Assembly (NCBI GenBank): GCA_964630055.1
Contig: CAZVRA010000001.1
Location: 91,569 to 155,568, forward strand
Origin: an uncultured Candidatus Saccharibacteria bacterium
GTDB taxonomy: Bacteria; Patescibacteriota; Saccharimonadia; Saccharimonadales; CAZVRA01
DNA: 64,000 nt
Reading direction: 5' to 3'
In this document: positions 10,176-17,957 of the stretch, one piece after another
Numbering within the stretch: the first letter of the stretch is position 1
Layout of the letters: the number at the start of each line of letters is the position of its first letter
Made by a program: the position numbers and the translations under genes
Notes under the pieces: generated by a model
What the model saw: the letters and a program-made list of their open reading frames with translations, nothing else
What the model was told of the DNA's origin: nothing
The model's database searches: none

Positions 10176-13070
10176 ATGCTGACTAAGGGCTTTTATAGGA
10201 TTAGGGTAGATAAGCTAGCAAAAATAACTCTGGCTGGTGTTTTTTTGTTTGGCGTTGTACTAGGTTCTTTGAGCAATTTGGTTTGGACGGCCGCCAGGCC
10301 AAAACTCGCAAAGGCCCAGTCAGCCCAGCCGACCCTGCCACGGCTTCAGTTAACAGAACTAGGTACTCACCCCCAAGCGGCGGCTCAGCCAACTACCGAT
10401 GGCAAAAGCATTAACAGCCTCAAGGTTTTTGACGGCAAGCTTTTTGCTGGTTATGGCGACTACCAAAACAACACTGGGCCAATTATCATAAACCCTTTTA
10501 ACCTAAGTACTAATACTTTTGAGGGCCAGGCCCTAAGCGTGCCCAGCGAAGCGATTGGCAACTGGACGGTTATAAACGGCAGCCTTTATGCAACTACAAT
10601 TGATCCTAATTGTTCCAAAACCTGCCCTGCCGGCTATGCCAAATACACGCCGGGCGGGAGTTGGTCCATGCAAACACCAATCAATGCCGAGCACGTCTTT
10701 GCTATGGCTAGCTTAAACGGTAGCGATTTGTGGCTTTTTGGATCTGCCGGTGGCTACACTTCTACCGCTTGGCGGAGTACCGATGGTGGCAGCACTTGGG
10801 CGGTGGTTCGCACCTATGCCAACGAATCATCGAGTAATCTAGAGCGTTATTACTGGGGCATTGCTACCGGCGGCAAAATGTATATGCAATCAAACTTGTA
10901 CGGATTTCAAAACCCAGTCGAGGCGTTTGACGGCACAAATTGGACCTCTAACACATCGGTGCCAGCATTGTGCGATACAGGCACTGCCGGCAGGGGGCCA
11001 TCGATAATTGTTCACCAGTCTAAAATAATTTGCGCTGGTAGCTCATGGAACCAAGCCCAGGCAATGGTGTATGATGGCAGCACGGCAACACAGCTTGATA
11101 TCAACAGTTCTGTTTGCGGCAATTCTGTTTATATGCTGCAAGAAGCTGATGGCTATGTTTATGCACTCTGTCGGTCCTGGTATGACCAGAATTACTCAGA
11201 CAGAGCTTCTAAGATTATGGATTCGCGCATAATCCGCAGCAAAGATTTAAATAACTGGCAAACAATAACCACCTTTGACAGTAATTTAATGAACAGTAAT
11301 TTTACCATCGAATCATTCGCCATAGATGGCTCGACGCTCTATGTGGGCGATAATAATTCCAAAATATATAAAACTACCTTTGACGCTGGCGCCGACACTA
11401 CACCGCCCACGGGCAGCGTAACTACCTCGGCCAAAAATGGCCTGGCCGAAGGATCGTTTACAATGAGTGTTGACGCCAACGATGCCAAAGGTGATGTTTA
11501 CGTTGAGTATTACATTAATGGGGTTGTTCAGCCGATGCCATATAGTTATCGGCCTACCAACGGTGGAAACAACACTGCTACTAACAAAGACTATTATTCG
11601 CCATTTACTTTTGACATAACTAACCGTTATTTGCAAAACGATTGGCAGTACCCACCCGACAAAAACCTGGTATTAACCGCCAAAATTACCGATGGCAGTG
11701 GCAATACCACCACTACTCAGCCGGTCACGGTTCACTTTGCCAAGCCAGACATCAATGTGAGTTCGCTAACTACAAGTGGTATAAATTTAGGCGCGCCTAT
11801 GGCGACCGACCAAGCCGGCAACATTTGGACTCCAGACATCAATCCCTTTGTTAGCGAAGAGTTACTTGGTTTTATAAAAGTCGACCCGGCAACCGGCGTT
11901 ACTACAAAATATCCGTTTGCTTCTTCGCACCCCAGCTATGCATATGTTTATGATGGTGGTTTTACAGTAGACAAAACAGGCCATATTTGGTTTGTGGATT
12001 GTCGAAGTAGCCAGCTGCACAAGTTTAACCCCCAAACAAAAGCCGAAGTTGTTAGCGACCTGCCGTTTAGTGTTTGTACCGATTCAGGTACCCAAATGGT
12101 GCTTGGAAGCGGCTCCGACATGCTGATACTAAAGCGAGGTAGCGACCAAATTGTTCGGGTCAATATAGAAACCGGTGCTTTGTCGCGCCAAGATATACCC
12201 AGCAATTATTTAGTTACAACATTGGAGCCAGACAATAGCGGCCAGTTTATGGCGGCTTATGCTACCGGCCAACCAGGCAGTGGCAGTAGCGTAGATGTCG
12301 GCTTAGCCAATATTAATGCTGCTGGGGTGTTTTCGTCCTTTTACGAAGAACCTTACGATGCTAATTCTATTTTGGGTAATGTGTGGTCTATCATTAAAGA
12401 CCAAGCTGGCAATATTTGGATAAGCAGCGATACCGAGCGCCAGACCGATGGACCGCTAATATCTGTGCTGACCGTTTCTGGCCAAAAAAAGACCTTTGGC
12501 ACAGTGCTGGGTGGGAGTTATGGTCATTCGGCTAGGTTGCATTTTACGCCTTCGGGCATGTTGGTCGGGCAAACTGCCGACGGTGCCGTAGTAATAATTG
12601 ACCCAGGCACAGGTAATATAAAGAAGCATTATGTTTTAAGTACGGTGCTGCCGGGTGGAGAAGTCATTGCTTACCCTGGAATGTTTTCCTCATTGGTCAT
12701 AGACAAACAGGGGGTCATGTGGGTTAATGATATTATTGGACAGCGGCTAGTTAAGATTTCGGTATTGTCGGCTGCCACCGGCTCGGTCAATGCCCTGGTC
12801 GACGGCGCGGCCAGTAGTAACGGCTCGCTACTTGCCACCACTGGGGCTTATCTTTTGGCAACTCCTCTGGTGGCGATTGTTTTGGGCACCATAGCCTACA
12901 CATTTTTTGACTACCGGCGCTGCAAGCGAGGCCTGTCCGGCAGCCCCGGCTCGGAGGCCTATACCTACAGGCACCACTTGCAGGTGGTTAGTTTTCCGCT
13001 GTTTAGATACAGGCTGGTGTTGGCTTTTGACAAAATTGTCAAAACTAACGGCAAAATATCGCGCTACTAG
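10176..13070 (+). CDS. very large surface protein (964 aa) with BNR/Asp-box, Ig-like and beta-propeller-type repeats and an LAxTG-like C-terminal signal
   Basis: N-terminal anchor ITLAGVFLFGVVLGS. Asp-box STDGGSTW. Repeated DQAGNIW / DKTGHIW / DKQGVMW blades. C-terminus LLATTG + hydrophobic AYLLATPLVAIVLGTIAYTFF + DYRRCKR. Confidence 0.7.
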   Translation: MLTKGFYRIRVDKLAKITLAGVFLFGVVLGSLSNLVWTAARPKLAKAQSAQPTLPRLQLTELGTHPQAAAQPTTDGKSINSLKVFDGKLFAGYGDYQNNTGPIIINPFNLSTNTFEGQALSVPSEAIGNWTVINGSLYATTIDPNCSKTCPAGYAKYTPGGSWSMQTPINAEHVFAMASLNGSDLWLFGSAGGYTSTAWRSTDGGSTWAVVRTYANESSSNLERYYWGIATGGKMYMQSNLYGFQNPVEAFDGTNWTSNTSVPALCDTGTAGRGPSIIVHQSKIICAGSSWNQAQAMVYDGSTATQLDINSSVCGNSVYMLQEADGYVYALCRSWYDQNYSDRASKIMDSRIIRSKDLNNWQTITTFDSNLMNSNFTIESFAIDGSTLYVGDNNSKIYKTTFDAGADTTPPTGSVTTSAKNGLAEGSFTMSVDANDAKGDVYVEYYINGVVQPMPYSYRPTNGGNNTATNKDYYSPFTFDITNRYLQNDWQYPPDKNLVLTAKITDGSGNTTTTQPVTVHFAKPDINVSSLTTSGINLGAPMATDQAGNIWTPDINPFVSEELLGFIKVDPATGVTTKYPFASSHPSYAYVYDGGFTVDKTGHIWFVDCRSSQLHKFNPQTKAEVVSDLPFSVCTDSGTQMVLGSGSDMLILKRGSDQIVRVNIETGALSRQDIPSNYLVTTLEPDNSGQFMAAYATGQPGSGSSVDVGLANINAAGVFSSFYEEPYDANSILGNVWSIIKDQAGNIWISSDTERQTDGPLISVLTVSGQKKTFGTVLGGSYGHSARLHFTPSGMLVGQTADGAVVIIDPGTGNIKKHYVLSTVLPGGEVIAYPGMFSSLVIDKQGVMWVNDIIGQRLVKISVLSAATGSVNALVDGAASSNGSLLATTGAYLLATPLVAIVLGTIAYTFFDYRRCKRGLSGSPGSEAYTYRHHLQVVSFPLFRYRLVLAFDKIVKTNGKISRY

Positions 13071-13111
13071 TTTTCCACAGGTTATTGTTTGCAGACTTGA
13101 CAAGCATAAGC

Positions 13112-13122
13112 GGGGGGGGGGG
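13112..13122. repeat. homopolymeric G11 tract in the intergenic region
   Basis: Eleven consecutive G, counted directly. Flanked by TTGACA (13097-13102) and TAACAT (13123-13128). Confidence 0.95.
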
Positions 13123-13169
13123 TAACATCGAAGAGTACATTAACAGTATGTGTAGGTATCTTAGGGCAG

Positions 13170-13205
13170 AGCAGTTTTGGTTAACTGCTATGCTTTGGTT
13201 TTTTC
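13170..13205 (+). terminator. hairpin plus T-rich tail (candidate terminator of the 10176..13070 gene, or an attenuator)
   Basis: AGCAGTT-ttggtt-AACTGCT, then atgcTTTGGTTTTTT. Confidence 0.5.
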
Positions 13206-13317
13206 CGTAAGTGGCGCCCATTTTGGTCTTATCAGCTTTGGCAAAACATTGTGGTATTTACAACATACAAATAATTTAAGCTTTTATTAAGTAAACAAGG
13301 AAGCAAGGAAACAAAAA

Positions 13318-14931
13318 ATGACAACCAAAAGACCCCAAGCCAAAACAATCTCGGTCCTAGCAGGCGCCATCCGCCGCACTGGCTTTTTGGCCATAGCAAC
13401 CGTCCTATTCGCCTCCGGCCTGGCCGTCCTGGCTCCCGCCAAAAAAGCCAGCGCCGCCGCGTGTGTAAAGAATTATGGTTCTTACGGTGGAAGCTCTGGA
13501 TTCACGCCTTTTCAATTAGTTGGCGGAATTGGCTCATCACTAGACTCTAGCGTTCAATCTTATGATACTGAATTTACGCCAAAAGGAACGGGCTATGCCT
13601 ATAGCATTAGGGCAAGTATTGTTAAATCCGATTGTACTGATCCTGGTCAATCTGTAGATATAAGTATCTACAAGGGGGGCGATGGTACAATTAAAGCTTA
13701 TGCGTATGATGGAAATCGCACAACTCCTTATGCTGCGACTACTGACTATAAGAATATAAATTCGGCTTTTACGCCAAGCCCAAGCGGCAGCACCGGTCTT
13801 AGTTTAAGCTCATCTGCACTTATTAATTCAGATAATAATACAGCAGTCAGATTCCGACTGGATATATCAACTAGCGGCTGGCTTAAGGTTTCGTACTTTG
13901 TAGGCAGTGGAGCAGAGCAAGTCATAGGTGAGTTTGCGATTCCAGCTAGTGCAGTATCGTTCCTTGGTCATGACTATGGTGACTTCAGTTTAGACCTTCA
14001 ACGCAAGGGTGCGACTACCTGTTCTCAGGTAACTGGTAGCGCAAATATGGACGTTAGGGTATTGAGTGGGGGAACCGCCGCAGTGCCCTTAACTATATAC
14101 ACAGCCGACGCCCAGTCTAATATGTATACGTGCTATGCTATGGTTAAATCATCCTTTAACGCTACTTCTAAGGTTGCCACGCTGGCATACGATGTCGCCG
14201 GAGCTAGCGTGCCAAAAGGGGTAAAGAATGATCTTAATGTGCTGTCAGATCCTGGATTACCTTTTGTCTATAGTGCCTCGCTGGAGCTTGGTACCAGTGG
14301 GGATAGCCCGTGGCCGAAACAAGAATTTATTAGCTCAACCTCTGCCGACCAGCAACTCTACTTTTTTGCCCAGAACTATAATGGCAGCAAGACTATGGCG
14401 AAGGGGGTTATTTATCCAATCGCTGGTGGTATTTTTGACATGAGCTCTAGCGATGTTGACCTAAAAGACGTAAAAATGGATGTTGACGGCATGGCATTTA
14501 AGTCCTTGGCGCACAACCTGGGAGCCTTAACAAAAGACAAGACATTTACCTTGTTTGTACCCTATAGGGACGGCGATAAATCGGTTGGGATATGCCCTGG
14601 CGCCAGCACATTAGATACGGTAACCGATAAATGCGACAAGGTTTACTACTTGGCCGACGGTATGACCAAGACCAGTGCAGACAGCAGTACAATTCCTAAA
14701 GGCGTCAATGTTAAAGCCAATAAAGTTAAAATTGGCAATACAAACTTCTGGCGCATAGATGGTCTAAGCGGTACCGGCGGCTTTAGCTCACCAGCCGTGG
14801 CCGCAGCGCCAGCTACTGGTGCGATTCAGCTGATTACTTCTAACCCAATTGTTGCTGGTTTGGCCACTTTGGCGGTTGTAGGGGCCTTGGCGGTTCTGCG
14901 CCGCAAGTATGTGCCGGCAGTTAACAAATAG
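13318..14931 (+). CDS. surface protein (537 aa) with sortase-type C-terminal sorting signal
   Basis: SD AAGGAA 7 nt upstream. N-terminal signal/anchor FLAIATVLFASGLAVLAPAKKASA. C-terminus AAPATG...VAGLATLAVVGALAVL-RRKYVPAVNK (xPxTG + TM + basic tail). Confidence 0.7.
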   Translation: MTTKRPQAKTISVLAGAIRRTGFLAIATVLFASGLAVLAPAKKASAAACVKNYGSYGGSSGFTPFQLVGGIGSSLDSSVQSYDTEFTPKGTGYAYSIRASIVKSDCTDPGQSVDISIYKGGDGTIKAYAYDGNRTTPYAATTDYKNINSAFTPSPSGSTGLSLSSSALINSDNNTAVRFRLDISTSGWLKVSYFVGSGAEQVIGEFAIPASAVSFLGHDYGDFSLDLQRKGATTCSQVTGSANMDVRVLSGGTAAVPLTIYTADAQSNMYTCYAMVKSSFNATSKVATLAYDVAGASVPKGVKNDLNVLSDPGLPFVYSASLELGTSGDSPWPKQEFISSTSADQQLYFFAQNYNGSKTMAKGVIYPIAGGIFDMSSSDVDLKDVKMDVDGMAFKSLAHNLGALTKDKTFTLFVPYRDGDKSVGICPGASTLDTVTDKCDKVYYLADGMTKTSADSSTIPKGVNVKANKVKIGNTNFWRIDGLSGTGGFSSPAVAAAPATGAIQLITSNPIVAGLATLAVVGALAVLRRKYVPAVNK

Positions 14932-15049
14932 TTAGTAGTTTGTGCCGGTTACCAGCTGGCAACCGGCGAGGCAAATTGTTGCCCAAAAATAAAATTCTAA
15001 AACTTTAAAAACCTAAAATTAACACCCAAATTTAAAATCAAAAAATAAA

Positions 15050-16186
15050 ATGCAACCAAGTCGAATATATTTAGATGATGCTGTTTTTGCGTCGCGCCTC
15101 AGGCGGGAATTCCCCCGGCGCCAGTTTGGCGCTGGCGGAGCGCCATACTCTGGCGCCGCCAAGCCGCGGTCCCAACGGTCCTTTAGCTCCGAGCCTTTTG
15201 TTGGCCAGGGTGTTCTGCTGTCGCGACCTTTGCCCGGGACGCCGCCAAAAACTGCGCCTAACCCTTCGCCCAAAGCTGTGGCAGTGGCGTCGGCCCAGAT
15301 GGTAGACGGCATAGTAATGCGTACTCCTTCGGTTGCCCAAACTGCGACCGTCCAACCTGCAACTGCCCAAGGAACAACGAAAAATGTGTTGCAGCCAGGG
15401 CGGACCAATCCGGTTGTTGGTAGGCCACAAATACCCAGTCCGCCGGAATTATCTGTCATGGCCAAGCAATTTGCGCCCCGGGTTGCGCCCCAAAACTCCA
15501 AAACACCGGCCGCATCCACTCCAAAGCAAAAAGGTTGGCGCAAAGTACTGGGACACGCCTTAACCGGCTTTAGTTTACTGGTGCTTATGGCCGGCAGCTA
15601 CGTAGTAACAAGCAGCTATTTTACCAACAAGCACGTGGCGGCTCAGGTTCAGCAGTCATCTAGCCAGCAGGAAGATGCTAACAACAGCTTGCCCTCCGAA
15701 GAACCACCTAGCGAAGACATAGGCAAATATGCTGTTGCGGCCGACATGCCCAAGTTGGTGTCTATCCAAAAGCTGGGGGTCAAGGCGCGAGTTAGGCGCA
15801 TGGGCGTCGACAAAACAGGGGCCATTCAGGCGCCGCGCAATATTTACGACGCCGGCTGGTACGATGGCAGCGCCAAGCCTGGCGAGCCAGGCACAGTTTT
15901 CTTGGATGCTCATGTGTCGGGGCCGACAAAACCTGGGGTTTTTCACGACATCAAAAAACTGGCCGCTGGCGATACCATCACCATAGAAATGGGCGATGGC
16001 AAAACCCACACATATAGCGTGGTCAGCCAAAAGTCCTACCCCAGAGATCAGGTTAACATGCAGGAAGCGCTGGTGTCGGCTAAACCTGGCAAGCGAGCCT
16101 TAAACATGATGACATGTAGTGGCAAGTTCGATTCTAAGACTCAAAGTTATTCCGAGCGCCTAGTTGTCTTTGCGGTAGAGCAATAA
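15050..16186 (+). CDS. sortase (class E/F-like) with ~165-aa Pro-rich N-terminal extension
   Basis: C-terminal domain has His (FLDAHVSG), Cys (LNMMTCSG) and Arg (SERLVVFA). Single TM LTGFSLLVLMAGSYVV. N-terminal part is P/A/Q-rich low complexity. Confidence 0.8.
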   Translation: MQPSRIYLDDAVFASRLRREFPRRQFGAGGAPYSGAAKPRSQRSFSSEPFVGQGVLLSRPLPGTPPKTAPNPSPKAVAVASAQMVDGIVMRTPSVAQTATVQPATAQGTTKNVLQPGRTNPVVGRPQIPSPPELSVMAKQFAPRVAPQNSKTPAASTPKQKGWRKVLGHALTGFSLLVLMAGSYVVTSSYFTNKHVAAQVQQSSSQQEDANNSLPSEEPPSEDIGKYAVAADMPKLVSIQKLGVKARVRRMGVDKTGAIQAPRNIYDAGWYDGSAKPGEPGTVFLDAHVSGPTKPGVFHDIKKLAAGDTITIEMGDGKTHTYSVVSQKSYPRDQVNMQEALVSAKPGKRALNMMTCSGKFDSKTQSYSERLVVFAVEQ

Positions 16187-16201
16187 GCGTGCTATAATTA
16201 C

Positions 16202-16350
16202 AGCCGTTATCAAACCGGTCCAATGAATAAAGCGGCTCAGGGAGCAAGCTATGTTACGTAAACAGCTTGCACCAACCTGAGAAGTTTGGACTTTAAGCCT
16301 AATCACCGCATGGCTGGCATTAAAATGCTGCCTGGGTAAAAAAGACGGCT
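16202..16350 (+). promoter_or_regulatory. structured 5' leader / candidate riboswitch upstream of the transglycosylase lipoprotein gene
   Basis: Starts just after TGcTATAAT (-10 at 16193-16198). Closing stem AGCCGT (16202-07)/ACGGCT (16345-50). Nested stems CTCAGG (16236-41)/CCTGAG (16276-81) and GCAAGCT (16244-50)/AGCTTGC (16264-70). Hairpin GGC..GCAT-taaa-ATGC..GCC (16312-16332). Confidence 0.4.
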
Positions 16351-16437
16351 TACAATCTGATAACCCAACTAATATTAATTGGCCATTTGGCATGTTTTTG
16401 TTGTTTGGCCCTATTTATACAGAAGGGACTGTTTGCT

Positions 16438-17025
16438 ATGTCTATTGAGTCTATGGAACAAGCACCAGCAACAATACAAAATAACGAAATTGCCACTGCG
16501 ACCAATTGGCGACGCGCCGTAGCCGTGGCTGGCCTAGCCACTTCGGCACTTTTGAGCGCTGGTTGCGATGCTAGGGACGTGCCGTTTTTTCGCGAAGCCT
16601 GCGAGCAACAAGGCCAATCGGCGGATACTTGTTACAACCAGTTTAACCAATTAATCCGCCGGGCAAATGCCGTAAATGGCGGGCAGGTTGTTGACCCGGA
16701 TGCTTTTTTTGAGGCCGGTGGCTTAACGCCCGGCGAGGCCAGCGCCGCCAGACAAATTATGACCCCCGAATCTGGCATGTGCGCCTGGAAGGTCCAAGGC
16801 AAGTTTGGCGCTTGTCCACCCGCACCGCCCGCGCCGTCCAGAGTACCGAAGAGTGGCGGTTATGGTTTGTGCCAGTCAACTCCGCCCCAAAAAATGGCTT
16901 CCGCCGGTCCAGACTGGGTCACTAACCCTTACACCCAACTAAAATGGTGCGATTCGTATGTAAAAGGACGCTACGGTGGTTGGTTGCAAGCGTTGGGTTA
17001 TCGCCGTGCCCACGGAAATTTCTAA
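16438..17025 (+). CDS. putative lipoprotein, lytic transglycosylase-like (SLT/IsaA-type C-terminal domain)
   Basis: RRAVAVAGLATSALLSAG|C lipobox-like signal. C-terminal PESG...GGYGLCQSTPPQKM...DWVTNPYTQLKWCDSYVKGRYGGW resembles transglycosylase-like domains. ATG 16438 (AAGGGA upstream) preferred over TTG 16387. Confidence 0.5.
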   Translation: MSIESMEQAPATIQNNEIATATNWRRAVAVAGLATSALLSAGCDARDVPFFREACEQQGQSADTCYNQFNQLIRRANAVNGGQVVDPDAFFEAGGLTPGEASAARQIMTPESGMCAWKVQGKFGACPPAPPAPSRVPKSGGYGLCQSTPPQKMASAGPDWVTNPYTQLKWCDSYVKGRYGGWLQALGYRRAHGNF

Positions 17026-17068
17026 CCTGGTTTGATGCTCGGCGGCTACCTGCGGTATACTAATTTAT

Positions 17069-17794
17069 ATGCCAAAAGATATACCGCGGAAAATGCTAAA
17101 GAAAATACCGACAGTAAAAAGAAAAGTAAAAACCGCAAAATCGTTGAGCGCCAGCATAAAGCTTGGGCCGACTGCTAAAACCGTTAGCAAAACCAGTTGG
17201 CTGGACCGATGGTACCCCAGAATACTGCTAGTTTTGGCGGTTATTGGTTTTGTGGCTTCGTTTGTGCTGACGCTAGAGAAGATTGCCATTATCAAGAACC
17301 CGCAACACCATTTAAGCTGTAGCATTAATCCGCTTTTGTCTTGCGGACCGATCATTACGTCGCCGCAGGCTAGTGCCTTTGGATTCCCCAACCCCATTAT
17401 CGGCTTGTTTGCCTTTAGTGTGCTAATTTGTGTGGCCATTACCATGATGGCTGGCGCAGTCGTGGACAAAACCAAACAGTGGTACTGGCGGCTATTTGTG
17501 GCTGGGCATTTGTTTGGCCTGGGCTTTGTGCTTTGGCTAATTCACGAAGCTGTTTTTGAGCTAAAGGCGCTGTGCATTTACTGCATGGTGGCCTGGGCGG
17601 TGACTTTTGCCCTAAATTGGTACGGCTATTTGTGGCTGAGCAGCACCGGTCGGCTGGTAGTTACAGGGGTGGGGCGACAGCTGCGAGACTGGGGTTTGCG
17701 CAATCACTTAGGTGTTCTGTTTTTGAGCTATCTGGCCGTTTTTGCAGTTATTTTGCTGCAATTTAGGGATTACTTCGAAAGTTTTTTGCACTAG
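17069..17794 (+). CDS. vitamin K epoxide reductase (VKOR) family membrane oxidoreductase
   Basis: Loop cysteines HHLSCSINPLLSCGP and CxxC in a TM helix (LCIYCMVAW). TATACT 17056-17061 lies 7 nt before the ATG. Confidence 0.8.
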   Translation: MPKDIPRKMLKKIPTVKRKVKTAKSLSASIKLGPTAKTVSKTSWLDRWYPRILLVLAVIGFVASFVLTLEKIAIIKNPQHHLSCSINPLLSCGPIITSPQASAFGFPNPIIGLFAFSVLICVAITMMAGAVVDKTKQWYWRLFVAGHLFGLGFVLWLIHEAVFELKALCIYCMVAWAVTFALNWYGYLWLSSTGRLVVTGVGRQLRDWGLRNHLGVLFLSYLAVFAVILLQFRDYFESFLH

Positions 17795-17817
17795 CACTCT
17801 CGACCTCAAAGTGCTAA
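17791..17817. promoter_or_regulatory. CIRCE-like inverted repeat overlapping the VKOR stop codon
   Basis: CTAGCACTC-N9-AAGTGCTAA (8/9 + 8/9 to the CIRCE consensus, correct 9-nt spacer). Confidence 0.6.
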
Positions 17818-17885
17818 AATGTACTAAGTGGCTAACAAAAGCTGCTTGTAAATTATTCTACAATGTGCTACAATTTTGCCACAGC

Positions 17886-17920
17886 ACCTCGCTTGGCATT
17901 ATTGTCTCGCGAGGTTTTTT
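17886..17920 (+). terminator. hairpin plus T6 (weak terminator or attenuator) between CIRCE-like site and NYN gene
   Basis: ACCTCGC-16 nt loop-GCGAGGT followed by TTTTT. The large loop lowers confidence. Confidence 0.4.
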
Positions 17921-17957
17921 GATATAAAAATAATTTCTTAATTTCTGGAGATATTTA

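Noticed and set aside
15019-15543. 174-aa and 119-aa minus-strand ORFs, and 76-aa plus-strand ORFs, over the sortase N-terminal region
   Set aside because: They are low-complexity shadow frames of a GC-rich, Pro-rich segment. Only the 15050..16186 frame continues into a recognisable sortase domain.
16202-16350. SRP (4.5S) RNA or 6S RNA identity for the structured region
   Set aside because: There is no GGAA-capped domain IV with AGGUCAGG/GCAGCC-type symmetric loop motifs. Its position directly between a promoter and a gene fits a cis-leader better.
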